From Candidatus Micrarchaeia archaeon (GTDB lineage: Archaea > Micrarchaeota > Micrarchaeia > Burarchaeales > Fermentimicrarchaeaceae): a DNA stretch of 64,000 nt. The position numbers were made by a program, and so were the translations under genes. The DNA lies in the NCBI GenBank assembly GCA_038871515.1, contig JAVZHX010000001.1:318915-382914 (forward strand), read 5' to 3'. Shown here piece by piece: positions 45,011 to 53,713 of the stretch. The first letter of the stretch is position 1. Every line of letters begins with the position of its first letter. The notes beneath the pieces were generated by a model that worked only from the letters and a program-made list of their open reading frames with translations, had not been told where the DNA came from and ran no database searches.

Positions 45011-46564
45011 ATGGAGCATAAGAAACATGATGCTGAGAAAGCAAGGGGTCTTTTTAAAGATCCTGTGAAGGTTGTTTTGGTACTTATAATTATTGCGCTT
45101 CTAGCATACATTGCTATGAAACCACAGGAACAACCTCCTTCTAATGAACAGCAGGGAGGGAGCAACCAAACCGCGAAGAAAGCAAACGCAACAATTGAGC
45201 TTTTTGTTATGAGCCAGTGCCCGTATGGAGTTCAGGCAGAAGTTCTGATTGAGAAGGTTATTTCAAAGTTCAAAGGAGAGGTTAACCTGAGTTTGCATTT
45301 CATTGCAAATGAAAATGCTGAGGGTGGTTTTTCAAGTTTGCACGGGCAGACAGAGGTTGATGAGGATATACGGCAGGTTTGCATAATGAAATATTATCCG
45401 GAGAAGCTGTGGAACTACTTGCTGTGTGTTGCATCAAATTACACGAATGTTGCAGGTGTTTGGGAGAGCTGTGCAGCGCAGAATGGAATTGATAAGGAGA
45501 AGATAAGGAGCTGTTCAACTGGTGAGGAAGGAAAAGCTCTGCTTAGGGAGAATATAAAGAGAACAAATGAACTTGGGGTAACTGCTTCGCCAACAATATT
45601 TTTGAATGGACAGCCCTACTCTGGCTTAAGGGATGAGAGTTCAATAACAAGAGCGATATGCGAGTTGATTCCAAGTAGTGAGACGTGCAAGAACATTCCA
45701 CCAGAGGTAAGCGTTGAACTGATAGTGATTAATGATGACAACTGCCTTCTCTGCGACCCAAGTGGAATTGAGAATAGCTTGAAGGGGTTGATACCAAACT
45801 TGAAGATAAAGGAGCTTGATTACTCGAAAGGAGAAGGCAAAGCGCTTGTTGAGAGGCTCGGTATATCCGCACTGCCAGTATACCTTTTCAATTCCTCTAT
45901 AACACAGCACTCATCATACGAAACTCTTTCAAGGTATCTCATAAGGGCGGATTCGTATTACATAATAAACGTCCAGCCAGTCAAGCTGCTTGACAGAGTT
46001 GAGGAGAACAACACGGTGCAGCTTTTTGTTATGAGCCAGTGCCCGTATGGAACAATGGCAGAAAGGGCAATGAAGGAGTTGCTTGATGCAGTGCCTGAAG
46101 TGAAATTCAGAGGTTTATATTTCATTGCAAACGAAGTTGGAAACGGAACCTTCCAGAGTTTGCACGGGCAGACAGAGGTTGATGAGGATATACGGCAGGT
46201 TTGCATAATGAAATATTATCCGGAGAAGCTGTGGAACTACTTGCTGTGTGTTGCATCAAATTACACGAATGTTGCAGGTGTTTGGGAGAGCTGTGCAGCG
46301 CAGAATGGAATTGATAAGGAGAAGATAAGGAGCTGTTCAACTGGTGAGGAAGGAAAAGCTCTGCTTAGGGAGAATATAAAGAGAACAAATGAACTTGGGA
46401 TTGGTTCTTCACCGACAATAATGCTTAACAACAACACTCTTTTCAGCACAATTTACGCAGAGCAGATGAAGCAGGTTGTGTGCGCGTACAACCCAGTAAT
46501 GGAAGGGTGCAACAAAACGCTAAGTGGAGCTGGAGCAACCGCTCCAAGCGGAGGATGTGGTTAA
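45011..46564 (+). CDS. Membrane-anchored exported protein with two tandem thioredoxin/DsbA-like domains
   Basis: N-terminal TM anchor VVLVLIIIALLAYIAM. Two repeats each contain FVMSQCPYG...YFIANE...SLHGQTEVDEDIRQVCIMKYYPEKLWNYLLC...ESCAAQNGIDKEKIRSC...NELG. The central 81 aa of each repeat are encoded by an identical 243-bp DNA segment. Confidence 0.5.
   Translation: MEHKKHDAEKARGLFKDPVKVVLVLIIIALLAYIAMKPQEQPPSNEQQGGSNQTAKKANATIELFVMSQCPYGVQAEVLIEKVISKFKGEVNLSLHFIANENAEGGFSSLHGQTEVDEDIRQVCIMKYYPEKLWNYLLCVASNYTNVAGVWESCAAQNGIDKEKIRSCSTGEEGKALLRENIKRTNELGVTASPTIFLNGQPYSGLRDESSITRAICELIPSSETCKNIPPEVSVELIVINDDNCLLCDPSGIENSLKGLIPNLKIKELDYSKGEGKALVERLGISALPVYLFNSSITQHSSYETLSRYLIRADSYYIINVQPVKLLDRVEENNTVQLFVMSQCPYGTMAERAMKELLDAVPEVKFRGLYFIANEVGNGTFQSLHGQTEVDEDIRQVCIMKYYPEKLWNYLLCVASNYTNVAGVWESCAAQNGIDKEKIRSCSTGEEGKALLRENIKRTNELGIGSSPTIMLNNNTLFSTIYAEQMKQVVCAYNPVMEGCNKTLSGAGATAPSGGCG
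45335..45577 (+). repeat. Copy 1 of a ~243-bp perfect intragenic direct repeat
   Basis: AGTTTGCACGGGCAGACAGAGGTTGATGAGG...GAGAACAAATGAACTTGGG. It is identical, as far as I can read, to 46157-46399. The ORF track shows identical antisense ORFs at 45300-45518 and 46122-46340. Confidence 0.8.
46157..46399 (+). repeat. Copy 2 of the ~243-bp perfect intragenic direct repeat (offset 822 bp)
   Basis: Same sequence as 45335-45577. The flanks diverge (GGTTTTTCA vs GAACCTTCCAG upstream; GTAACTGCTTCG vs ATTGGTTCTTCA downstream). Confidence 0.8.
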
Positions 46565-47379
46565 ACACCCAACGCATTTTCAATTTCTTTTTCCAATTTT
46601 ATTTCCTTGCCAAATTTCCTTAAAGCAAGCTTGGCTGCTTTCACTCCACTGAGGAACATCGCTCCATATAACGGACCCATCCTTGGCAAGCCACCGATGG
46701 AGTTTGAAGCCATCCCGCACACAATTAAACCAGGGTAAACCTCTTTTGTATTTCTTATTGTTGCTTTTTCAGCTTCGGCAGCCCACATTGAACCCTCAAG
46801 CGGTTCAGGTATGTTCAGGCGAAGCTTCTTCCTTGCTATCCTGGCAACCTCTGCTTGGTGACCTGTTGCATCAATCACAACTTTTGATTTCAGCGCAAGC
46901 GGATCAACACAGGTTAGAAAAGGAGGAAGCAAACTCACAGAGTGCCAGTTGACAACAACTCCCGTTATTCTATTCTTTCTGTAAACAACGTCTTTCACTT
47001 CAAGCGAGTTGAAAACAACTGCGCCTGCATCAAGCGCAGCAGCAATCAACTTTGCAGAAATATGGGGTGAGCTTCCAACATAAACGCCCTTCTCATACTC
47101 CTTCATTTTAACTCCAACTTCCTCAACAAGTTTGTGTGCAGGCGCCTCCACAACCATCTCAGGAAAAAGCATTCCCCCCTGCCACATGCCCCCTCCCATC
47201 ATTATATTCCTCTCAACAATCAGCGTTTTCACTCCTGCTTTTGCAAGATACCTTGCGGCAGTTATTCCAGCTGGGCCGGAGCCAACGACAATTACGTCTG
47301 ACTCCGTATAATCTAGAAACTTCTTTACAAACTCGCTTGCAATTGCTCTTGTAATTGTAGTTTCATCTACCTCTTTCAT
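46561..47379 (-). CDS. thi4: Thi4-family thiamine thiazole synthase
   Basis: FAD/NAD Rossmann fold DVIVVGSGPAGITAARYLAKAG. The Thi4 core is MMGGGMWQGGMLFPEMVV. The C-terminal region is VIDATGHQAEV. Confidence 0.75.
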   Translation of the reverse strand: MKEVDETTITRAIASEFVKKFLDYTESDVIVVGSGPAGITAARYLAKAGVKTLIVERNIMMGGGMWQGGMLFPEMVVEAPAHKLVEEVGVKMKEYEKGVYVGSSPHISAKLIAAALDAGAVVFNSLEVKDVVYRKNRITGVVVNWHSVSLLPPFLTCVDPLALKSKVVIDATGHQAEVARIARKKLRLNIPEPLEGSMWAAEAEKATIRNTKEVYPGLIVCGMASNSIGGLPRMGPLYGAMFLSGVKAAKLALRKFGKEIKLEKEIENALGV

Positions 47380-47405
47380 AATGTCACCTCTGCAAACTAA
47401 AATTT

Positions 47406-47594
47406 CTATAAACTTATCGCGTGAACAGGGCAGTTCTCAGCAGCTGCCTTACAATCGCACTTCTTACAGCCCTTTGGGTTGTATGCTTCTGACTTGCCAT
47501 CACTGCCTATTCTGAAAACATCTGGGCAAAGGGAAACGCATGCTCCACACCCAATGCACAACTCCTTGTCAACTTTCACTGGCATGTGAATCAA
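47406..47594 (-). CDS. Small ferredoxin (4Fe-4S)
   Basis: 62 aa with CIGCGACVSLCP plus additional Cys (CKKCDCKAAAENCP). Confidence 0.6.
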   Translation of the reverse strand: MIHMPVKVDKELCIGCGACVSLCPDVFRIGSDGKSEAYNPKGCKKCDCKAAAENCPVHAISL

Positions 47595-47610
47595 CCTCCA
47601 TATTTTTTAA

Positions 47611-47627
47611 ATATAACTGAGTTATAT
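47611..47627 (+). promoter_or_regulatory. Perfect 8-1-8 palindrome ATATAACT-G-AGTTATAT in the divergent ferredoxin/thi4 and iscS promoter region, about 50 nt upstream of the iscS ATG
   Basis: Palindrome visible in sequence. A related site lies upstream of the HTH/Cys5 regulator at 43735-43749. A TATA-like TTTAAAAGCA lies at about 47653-47662. Confidence 0.45.
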
Positions 47628-47678
47628 TATCAGTAAAATAACTCTTGCAAATAAAAGTTTAAAAGCATATGTGATTTT

Positions 47679-48866
47679 ATGAAGCGCATATACTTTGACC
47701 ACTCCGCAACAACTCCTCTTGACAGAAGGGTTTTTGAGGAGATGAAACCGTACTTCAGTTTGAAGTTTGGAAACGCATCAAGCTTGCACTCCTTTGGAAG
47801 GGAAGCGCATGAGGCAGTTGAGAAGGCAAGGGAGAGGGTTGCAAAAGCATTGAACTGCTCTCCTTCAGAAGTTTACTTCACCTCTGGAGGGACAGAGGCG
47901 GATAACTGGGCTTTGAAGGGAGTTGCATACGCGAACAGAAAGAGAGGGAAGCACATAATCACATCTTCAATTGAGCACCATGCAATTCTCCATACATGCG
48001 AATACTTGGAGAGGAATGGTTTTGAAGTTACCTATCTCCCAGTTGATAGATATGGAATGGTGAGAGTTGAAGATGTTGAGAGGGCGATACGCAAGGACAC
48101 AATTCTCATTTCAGTTATGCACGCAAACAATGAAATTGGCACAATTGAGCCAATTGAGGAGATTGGCAGAATTGCACATGAGAGAGGAATTTACTTCCAT
48201 ACTGACGGCGTTCAGAGTTTCTGCAAAATTCCAACGGATGTTGATAAATTGAACGTTGATTTATTTTCAATTTCTGCTCATAAACTATACGGACCGAAGG
48301 GAGTTGGAGCGCTTTACATTCGCTCAGGAGTGAAAATTGAGCCGTTGCTTCACGGAGGAGGGCATGAGAGAGGGATGCGCTCGGGAACGGAGAACACTCC
48401 TGGGATAGTTGGGTTGGGCGCTGCTGCTGAGCTAGGAATAAAAAGGATGAAACAGGATAGTGAAAAATTAACTTTCCTGCGTGATAGATTGATAAAGGGA
48501 GTTTTGGAAGTTGAGGATTCCTGGCTGAATGGGCACCCAAAGAAACGTTTGCCGAACAACGCTCACTTCTGCTTCAGGTTAATTGAGGGCGAAGCACTTA
48601 TACTAAGATTGGATGACAGGGGAATTGCTGCCTCAACAGGCTCTGCTTGCTCCTCAAAGTCTTTGGAGCCGAGCCATGTGCTGCTGAGAATTGGGTTGAA
48701 GCACGAGGAAGCGCATGGTTCATTGAGGTTGAGTTTGGGGAGGGAGAATACGGAAAAGGAAATTGATTATGCAATTAAAGTTATTCCTGAGGAAGTTGAA
48801 AAGCTCAGGGAGATTTCTCCTTTCAAAACAAAAAAACAGCTCTCGCTTTTCAAACCAACTGAGTAA
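47679..48866 (+). CDS. iscS: Cysteine desulfurase (IscS/NifS class)
   Basis: PLP-lysine region SAHKLYGPKGVGALYIR and the active-site Cys loop GSACSS. Confidence 0.9.
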   Translation: MKRIYFDHSATTPLDRRVFEEMKPYFSLKFGNASSLHSFGREAHEAVEKARERVAKALNCSPSEVYFTSGGTEADNWALKGVAYANRKRGKHIITSSIEHHAILHTCEYLERNGFEVTYLPVDRYGMVRVEDVERAIRKDTILISVMHANNEIGTIEPIEEIGRIAHERGIYFHTDGVQSFCKIPTDVDKLNVDLFSISAHKLYGPKGVGALYIRSGVKIEPLLHGGGHERGMRSGTENTPGIVGLGAAAELGIKRMKQDSEKLTFLRDRLIKGVLEVEDSWLNGHPKKRLPNNAHFCFRLIEGEALILRLDDRGIAASTGSACSSKSLEPSHVLLRIGLKHEEAHGSLRLSLGRENTEKEIDYAIKVIPEEVEKLREISPFKTKKQLSLFKPTE

Positions 48867-50111
48867 TCACTCATACCTCAATGCATCCACTGGTGGAAGC
48901 GAAGCTGCGTTCCTTGCCGGCACAAGCCCGGCGATTATTCCAACAAGCGCTGAAAAAACAATCCCAAAGGCAGCCAGTTCAGGTGTGATCACTGAGCTAA
49001 CTCCAAAATCATTCAGAACTGCTGAAATAATGAAGCTCAGCAGAACTCCCAACACCCCACCAACCAACCCGATAACGCTGGCTTCCATAAGAAACAGCTT
49101 TAGAATATCACTGCTTGTTGAACCAAGCGCTTTCAAAATTCCAATGTATTTTGTCTGCTCAAGCACGCTCATGAACATTGTGTTCGCCACCCCTATGCCA
49201 CCAACCACAAGCGCAACAGACGCAATTCCTCCAAGAAAGAGGGTGAGCGTTTCAGTCACGCTTGAAACGGCAGACTGGAGAGTAGAGGCGGTGGTTACTG
49301 TGAAATCCTCCTGACCCTCCGCAACGTTATGCAGCGAGCGTAACTCAGCTGAAATCGCATCTGCAACATCGTTTGTGTCGTATCCATCTGCAGCAACCAC
49401 CACTATTTGACTTACTGTTTTCGTTTGGTTGAACATGCTTTTTGCAATTCTCTGGGGTATGTAAACATTATTATCCGCGCTGCCAAAAGAGGAGCCTGCT
49501 GGCTGGAGTATTCCAACAACTCTGAATGCAACTCCATCTATCTTAATCTGTTTATTCACTATATTCAAATCATTAAAAGTTCTGTTTGCAACAGAGAAGC
49601 CAATTACTGCTGAATACTGGTCGCTTGTGCTCAAGTATCTGCCATCATACAAGCCAACTCCAATGCTCCTGCTGAACTGCAGTGGCTCTGTGCCTATAAT
49701 GGTAAGAGAGGTATTTTGATTTCCATACTCCACCCTTGCTCGCTTCTCAATTCTTGCATCAAGCGCATCCACGCCAGGTATCAGCCTCAGCGCATCTGCC
49801 TCCGAAAAGGTTATTGTGTTGCTCTCCCTCTGCTGAAAACCGGATGGTGGAGGTCCTCCCCCACCCCCAAACCCAATCATAGGTAACCCGCCAATTCTTG
49901 CAGCTCTCATCCCTCCTGGCGAGATGGTTATTATATTTGCGCCGATATTGCTCAGCCTGCTGCTTATATTCGCAGTTAACCCAAAGCTTATTGAAACAAG
50001 TATAATTATTGCTGCCACCCCTATTACTATACCTAGAATTGCAAGCCAACTTCTTAAGCTTCTGTGCCTAAGCGTGTCAATGGCAAGCGAAGCCATATCA
50101 ATGAGCTTCAT
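48867..50111 (-). CDS. ABC transporter permease, FtsX/MacB-like
   Basis: N-terminal TM helix, a large extracytoplasmic domain, and a C-terminal 3-TM FtsX domain. It is the last gene of the ATPase-surface-protein-permease operon. Confidence 0.75.
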   Translation of the reverse strand: MKLIDMASLAIDTLRHRSLRSWLAILGIVIGVAAIIILVSISFGLTANISSRLSNIGANIITISPGGMRAARIGGLPMIGFGGGGGPPPSGFQQRESNTITFSEADALRLIPGVDALDARIEKRARVEYGNQNTSLTIIGTEPLQFSRSIGVGLYDGRYLSTSDQYSAVIGFSVANRTFNDLNIVNKQIKIDGVAFRVVGILQPAGSSFGSADNNVYIPQRIAKSMFNQTKTVSQIVVVAADGYDTNDVADAISAELRSLHNVAEGQEDFTVTTASTLQSAVSSVTETLTLFLGGIASVALVVGGIGVANTMFMSVLEQTKYIGILKALGSTSSDILKLFLMEASVIGLVGGVLGVLLSFIISAVLNDFGVSSVITPELAAFGIVFSALVGIIAGLVPARNAASLPPVDALRYE

Positions 50112-51655
50112 CTCTTCCTTCCCTCCCTGTATTCCTTATATTTTCTGTAAATTCTTGGCGCTGCAAAGTATAGAACCACAAGCACAACTAAAACTTCAAG
50201 AATTGGGATTACATCAATTCCAAACACCCTGAACCCACCTGCGGAACGAGTTCTGTTCGCAAAGCTTGCAGCAGTTGGCAAAGCACTCCCCCCAACCTGT
50301 ATTTCCAGTTCCTTCCTGATGCTCCTCTGCTGGTTCGTCCCATCTCTGAAAGTGACTACCACCTCCAGCTTGTACTTCCCCTGTGTCAGCCTTGCAGGAG
50401 CGCTTATTGTTGGTTGGTAAGTGAAGTAATCATCAACGTTCAGCGTTCCAACAAACTGAGTGTCGCTTGTAACCTGCAAATCTTTTGAGGATGCGGTCAC
50501 ATAAACGCTCCTTATTGCAGAGTTTCCCGTATTTGCAATTTTAATCTGTATTTTTGTTTCTGCTCCGATTGGTATTGCTGTTGTTTCAGTCGTAATTGTC
50601 AGCTCTGGAGTTGCTTGAACGTACACTCCAACTTTCTCAATACTTGAGTAGCCACTCCCCGAAGTTACGTTCAAAGAAAGCTCGTAGTAACCAGCTGCAG
50701 TTGATGGGGCAACACCCAAAAAAACAGTGCGTGTTTTATTCGCCCCTGCTTCAATCTGGTCAAAGTAAATTTTTGAGGAACCAATTGGGGTGAAAACGCT
50801 TGTTGGGACTACTTCAACAACTGCTGACTCGCTTGTGCTTCCCATATTCCTCACTCTAAGTGTGAATTCTGCCTGGGAGCCAATTTCAACGGTTCCAACC
50901 GGCAGCATCTCAACCCTCAATTGTGAGTGTGGTTGCTCCACAACAATTGGCCCCAGGTAAATTGTATCATTCATTACATTCCTCAGCGCATCCTCATAGC
51001 TAAGCAAGATGGGAATCATCTGCCTTCCGCTTGGAGTTGATGAAGTTGTCTGCAGAGTTATAGAAACGTTTTTGCTTGAATTATATGGAATACTTCCAAT
51101 GTTTATGTAATTCCCCGCGATGAGAAAAGAGGAGCTGGGTGATGATAGTATGACGTTATTTGCAACTCCGCCAGTATTTTTAACTTCAATCTGAACTGTG
51201 AAAATATCACCTGGGAAGATCACCTGCTTATCCACTGAAAGAGTGGTTGCAGTGAGAATTTTCTCCTGGGAAATCTGCAGCGGGATTGTGAGCTGGCTTG
51301 CCTGCGTTCCACCGGAGTCTGAGTAGTAAATTGTGAGGTAGATTAAATGCAACCCAGTTGTTTTCTCTGGAACAGTGAATGGAATTGAGGTTATAGTGCT
51401 CGAGCCAGCTCCCATATCCCCAACCCACACGGAAACTCCTCCTGGGCCGGCAATAGTCACCGACTTTGCAGTTTCACTTCCTGGGTTGGTTAGGGTGATT
51501 TTCAACTGCCCTGATGAACCTGGGTAGAGTGTTTCTGGAATTGTGGAGTAAGTGGAGATGTATACTGCTCCCCCTCCTCCCGTAGCATTTGTTGAAGCGC
51601 TGTAAGCAACGCTCGCCAGCGCAAGCAACAATAACAACAAAATTTGTTTTTTCAT
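50108..51655 (-). CDS. Secreted repeat-domain (CARDB/DUF11-like) protein with a C-terminal TM anchor, encoded between the ABC ATPase and the permease
   Basis: Signal MKKQILLLLLLALASVAYS. Ser/Thr-rich beta-sandwich-like repeats. A C-terminal TM helix (IPILEVLVVLVVLYFAA) is followed by basic residues. Confidence 0.5.
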   Translation of the reverse strand: MKKQILLLLLLALASVAYSASTNATGGGGAVYISTYSTIPETLYPGSSGQLKITLTNPGSETAKSVTIAGPGGVSVWVGDMGAGSSTITSIPFTVPEKTTGLHLIYLTIYYSDSGGTQASQLTIPLQISQEKILTATTLSVDKQVIFPGDIFTVQIEVKNTGGVANNVILSSPSSSFLIAGNYINIGSIPYNSSKNVSITLQTTSSTPSGRQMIPILLSYEDALRNVMNDTIYLGPIVVEQPHSQLRVEMLPVGTVEIGSQAEFTLRVRNMGSTSESAVVEVVPTSVFTPIGSSKIYFDQIEAGANKTRTVFLGVAPSTAAGYYELSLNVTSGSGYSSIEKVGVYVQATPELTITTETTAIPIGAETKIQIKIANTGNSAIRSVYVTASSKDLQVTSDTQFVGTLNVDDYFTYQPTISAPARLTQGKYKLEVVVTFRDGTNQQRSIRKELEIQVGGSALPTAASFANRTRSAGGFRVFGIDVIPILEVLVVLVVLYFAAPRIYRKYKEYREGRKR

Positions 51656-51667
51656 TCTCCCACCTCT

Positions 51668-52360
51668 TTAACCTGCTTTTCTTTTTGTCTCCTTCTGAAT
51701 CATCCCATCTTTGATGTATATTGTTCTTTCAGCATACGTCGCAACGTATGGATCGTGAGTTACAAGGATGACCGTTATACCTCTTTCCTTGTGGAGCTTT
51801 GCTATAAAGTCAAGTATTGCTTTCCCAGATTTCGAGTCAAGGTTGCCTGTTGGCTCGTCAGCAAGAATAACTTTTGGGTTTGTGACAAGCGCTCTTGCAA
51901 TCGCAACCCTCTGCTTCTCTCCTCCGCTGAGCTGGGAGGGAAGGTTGTTTTTCTTGTCAGATAAACCAACAACTGCAAGGTGCTTCTCAACAAGCTCCTT
52001 CCTCTCCTTAACATTCATCCCTTGAATTATCAGAGGAAGCTCAACGTTTTTGAAAACAGTAAGAGTTGGCGCGAGGTTGAATGCCTGAAAAACAAACCCT
52101 ACATCCTTCTGCCTTATTCTCGCAAGCTGTCCTTCACTCATCTCAGAAGTTTTTGCTCCCTCAAAGAAAATCTCCCCGCTTGTTGGCTTGTCAAGAAAAC
52201 CGAGTAAATGAAGGAAGGTGCTCTTGCCACTTCCTGATGGGCCAATTATTGAGAGAAACTCTCCCTCTTTCACTTTGAAGCTTATGTTTTTCAATGCTTC
52301 AAAAGGAGGTTTGGCATCATAAACTTTTGAAACTTTCACGAGCTCAAAGAGAGGCTTCAT
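51668..52360 (-). CDS. ABC transporter ATP-binding protein (MacB/LolD-like)
   Basis: Walker [10 protein letters not shown], signature [15 protein letters not shown], and Walker [12 protein letters not shown]. Confidence 0.85.
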   Translation of the reverse strand: MKPLFELVKVSKVYDAKPPFEALKNISFKVKEGEFLSIIGPSGSGKSTFLHLLGFLDKPTSGEIFFEGAKTSEMSEGQLARIRQKDVGFVFQAFNLAPTLTVFKNVELPLIIQGMNVKERKELVEKHLAVVGLSDKKNNLPSQLSGGEKQRVAIARALVTNPKVILADEPTGNLDSKSGKAILDFIAKLHKERGITVILVTHDPYVATYAERTIYIKDGMIQKETKRKAG

Positions 52361-52505
52361 CTCGCATTCCTCTTCCTTCTAAGCATATGCTTGTAAGTAT
52401 CCCAGGAGAATTGGAAGTAGTTTATAATCCTTGATTCTGTCTTCATACATAAAGAGGGGTGTTTTGCTATTTAAAAGAATTTACCAAAATAATACCCAAA
52501 TCGCC

Positions 52506-52931
52506 CTATGATGAACTTATCCAAGCCAGGATTGCCAGTGCAATTGTCGCGAATAGGTATGGCACCATTGGGAATATCCCCCGTATCCCGTAAACTGCAA
52601 AAATTACGTGTATGAATGGGTTTGAGGTTAAAGCGAACATCATGAGCGAGATTATCACCAGCAGAACTCCTAAAGTGAATCTGCTTCTCAATTCAAGATA
52701 ATCTTTGAGGTAGATGAATGTTAAGTAAAGGGAGAGAACAAATGTTGCAAGTGAAAAGAAATTTCCAAACAGGAAGAATATGTTTTCATCTACTGACTGG
52801 CGCCTGAATGGGAAAATGGAGTTGGCTGCGAAAAGCAGCAGCAAAGAAAGCAATGCTATGCCAATCGTGCCGAGCAATGCCTCCGCAGTATAATCAACCT
52901 TTCTTTCTTTCTTTTTTGCCATCATAATCAC
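52506..52931 (-). CDS. Membrane protein (4 TM helices) of unknown function, translationally coupled to an upstream wHTH regulator
   Basis: 141 aa and hydrophobic. It overlaps the wHTH gene by 38 nt. Confidence 0.4.
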   Translation of the reverse strand: MIMMAKKKERKVDYTAEALLGTIGIALLSLLLLFAANSIFPFRRQSVDENIFFLFGNFFSLATFVLSLYLTFIYLKDYLELRSRFTLGVLLVIISLMMFALTSNPFIHVIFAVYGIRGIFPMVPYLFATIALAILAWISSS

Positions 52932-53202
52932 CCCTCAAAATTGTGTTGAAGTATTCATTATCATTCCATCCTTCATTTATGAAGTAAATTGCACCGTAAC
53001 CTTTTTTCAGCTGCTCAACCACTCCGTTTTCAAGTAGAATTTTGATATGCCCCTGAACGGTTTTATAATCCAGCCCAGTAGTCAGAGCAAGCTGGTGCAT
53101 ATTCAAAGGTTTGCGAAGGAGAGTTTTCACAATTCTCAATCTGGTTGGACCTCCGCGCGAAGCGTAAAAAAGCCAGTAGAGAAGGCGCGTCTCAGAATCC
53201 AT
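52894..53202 (-). CDS. Winged-HTH transcriptional regulator (ArsR/PadR-like)
   Basis: The HTH is LRIVKTLLRKPLNMHQLALTTGLDYKTVQGHIKILLENGVV. Confidence 0.55.
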   Translation of the reverse strand: MDSETRLLYWLFYASRGGPTRLRIVKTLLRKPLNMHQLALTTGLDYKTVQGHIKILLENGVVEQLKKGYGAIYFINEGWNDNEYFNTILRGDYDGKKERKKG

Positions 53203-53233
53203 ATATGGTAATTGAAAGTTGAATTTTAAATAT

Positions 53234-53665
53234 TCACTGGATAACTGTGAGTTTGCAGCGCTTCACCCCACGTATTGATGAAAGTGAATTTGCAATTTTC
53301 TGTATTCTGTTTGCATTTCCTTTCACTGTGATCACCTCAAGGCAGTCATCACGCGATAAATGGATGTGCATGCTTGCAATTATGTTGCTGCCAAACTTGT
53401 GCTGAATTTCAGTTATTCTTTCTATTACTCCTCTCATCTCATGGTTGTAAACCACTGAAACAGTGCTCACTTTCACTTCCCTCCCTTCCGCCCATTCGGC
53501 ATTTGAAATCCACTCCCTCAACGCATCTGCAACTGCTTTTGAGCGGTTCCAGTAATTCCTCTTACGAGTGAATTTGTCAAACTCCTCAGCAAGCTCTGAA
53601 GGGAGAGAAAGGGAAATTCTTTTCACGTATTTATTATTTTCTTTCATAAGAGTATTACGAAACAT
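53234..53665 (-). CDS. nikR: Nickel-responsive regulator NikR (ribbon-helix-helix plus an ACT-like metal-binding domain)
   Basis: N-terminal RHH KRISLSLPSELAEEFDKF...RSKAVADALREWI. C-terminal metal site residues are SMHIHLSRDDCLEV (H-x-H...C) and an earlier H. Confidence 0.65.
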   Translation of the reverse strand: MFRNTLMKENNKYVKRISLSLPSELAEEFDKFTRKRNYWNRSKAVADALREWISNAEWAEGREVKVSTVSVVYNHEMRGVIERITEIQHKFGSNIIASMHIHLSRDDCLEVITVKGNANRIQKIANSLSSIRGVKRCKLTVIQ

Positions 53666-53668
53666 AGA

Positions 53669-53688
53669 TTTTTATTACTAAATAAAAA
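53669..53688 (+). promoter_or_regulatory. 8-4-8 inverted repeat TTTTTATT-ACTA-AATAAAAA in the nikR promoter / divergent intergenic region
   Basis: Perfect inverted repeat starting 4 nt upstream of the nikR start. It is also upstream of the + strand small membrane protein gene at 53714. Confidence 0.4.
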
Positions 53689-53713
53689 AATAACTACGGC
53701 TGCAAAAGCTGAG

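Noticed and set aside
45300-46340. Identical antisense ORFs 45300-45518 and 46122-46340 (MNSSLSSPYQFHSALHSS...)
   Set aside because: They are by-products of the ~243-bp perfect direct repeat inside the tandem-Trx gene and are not independent genes.
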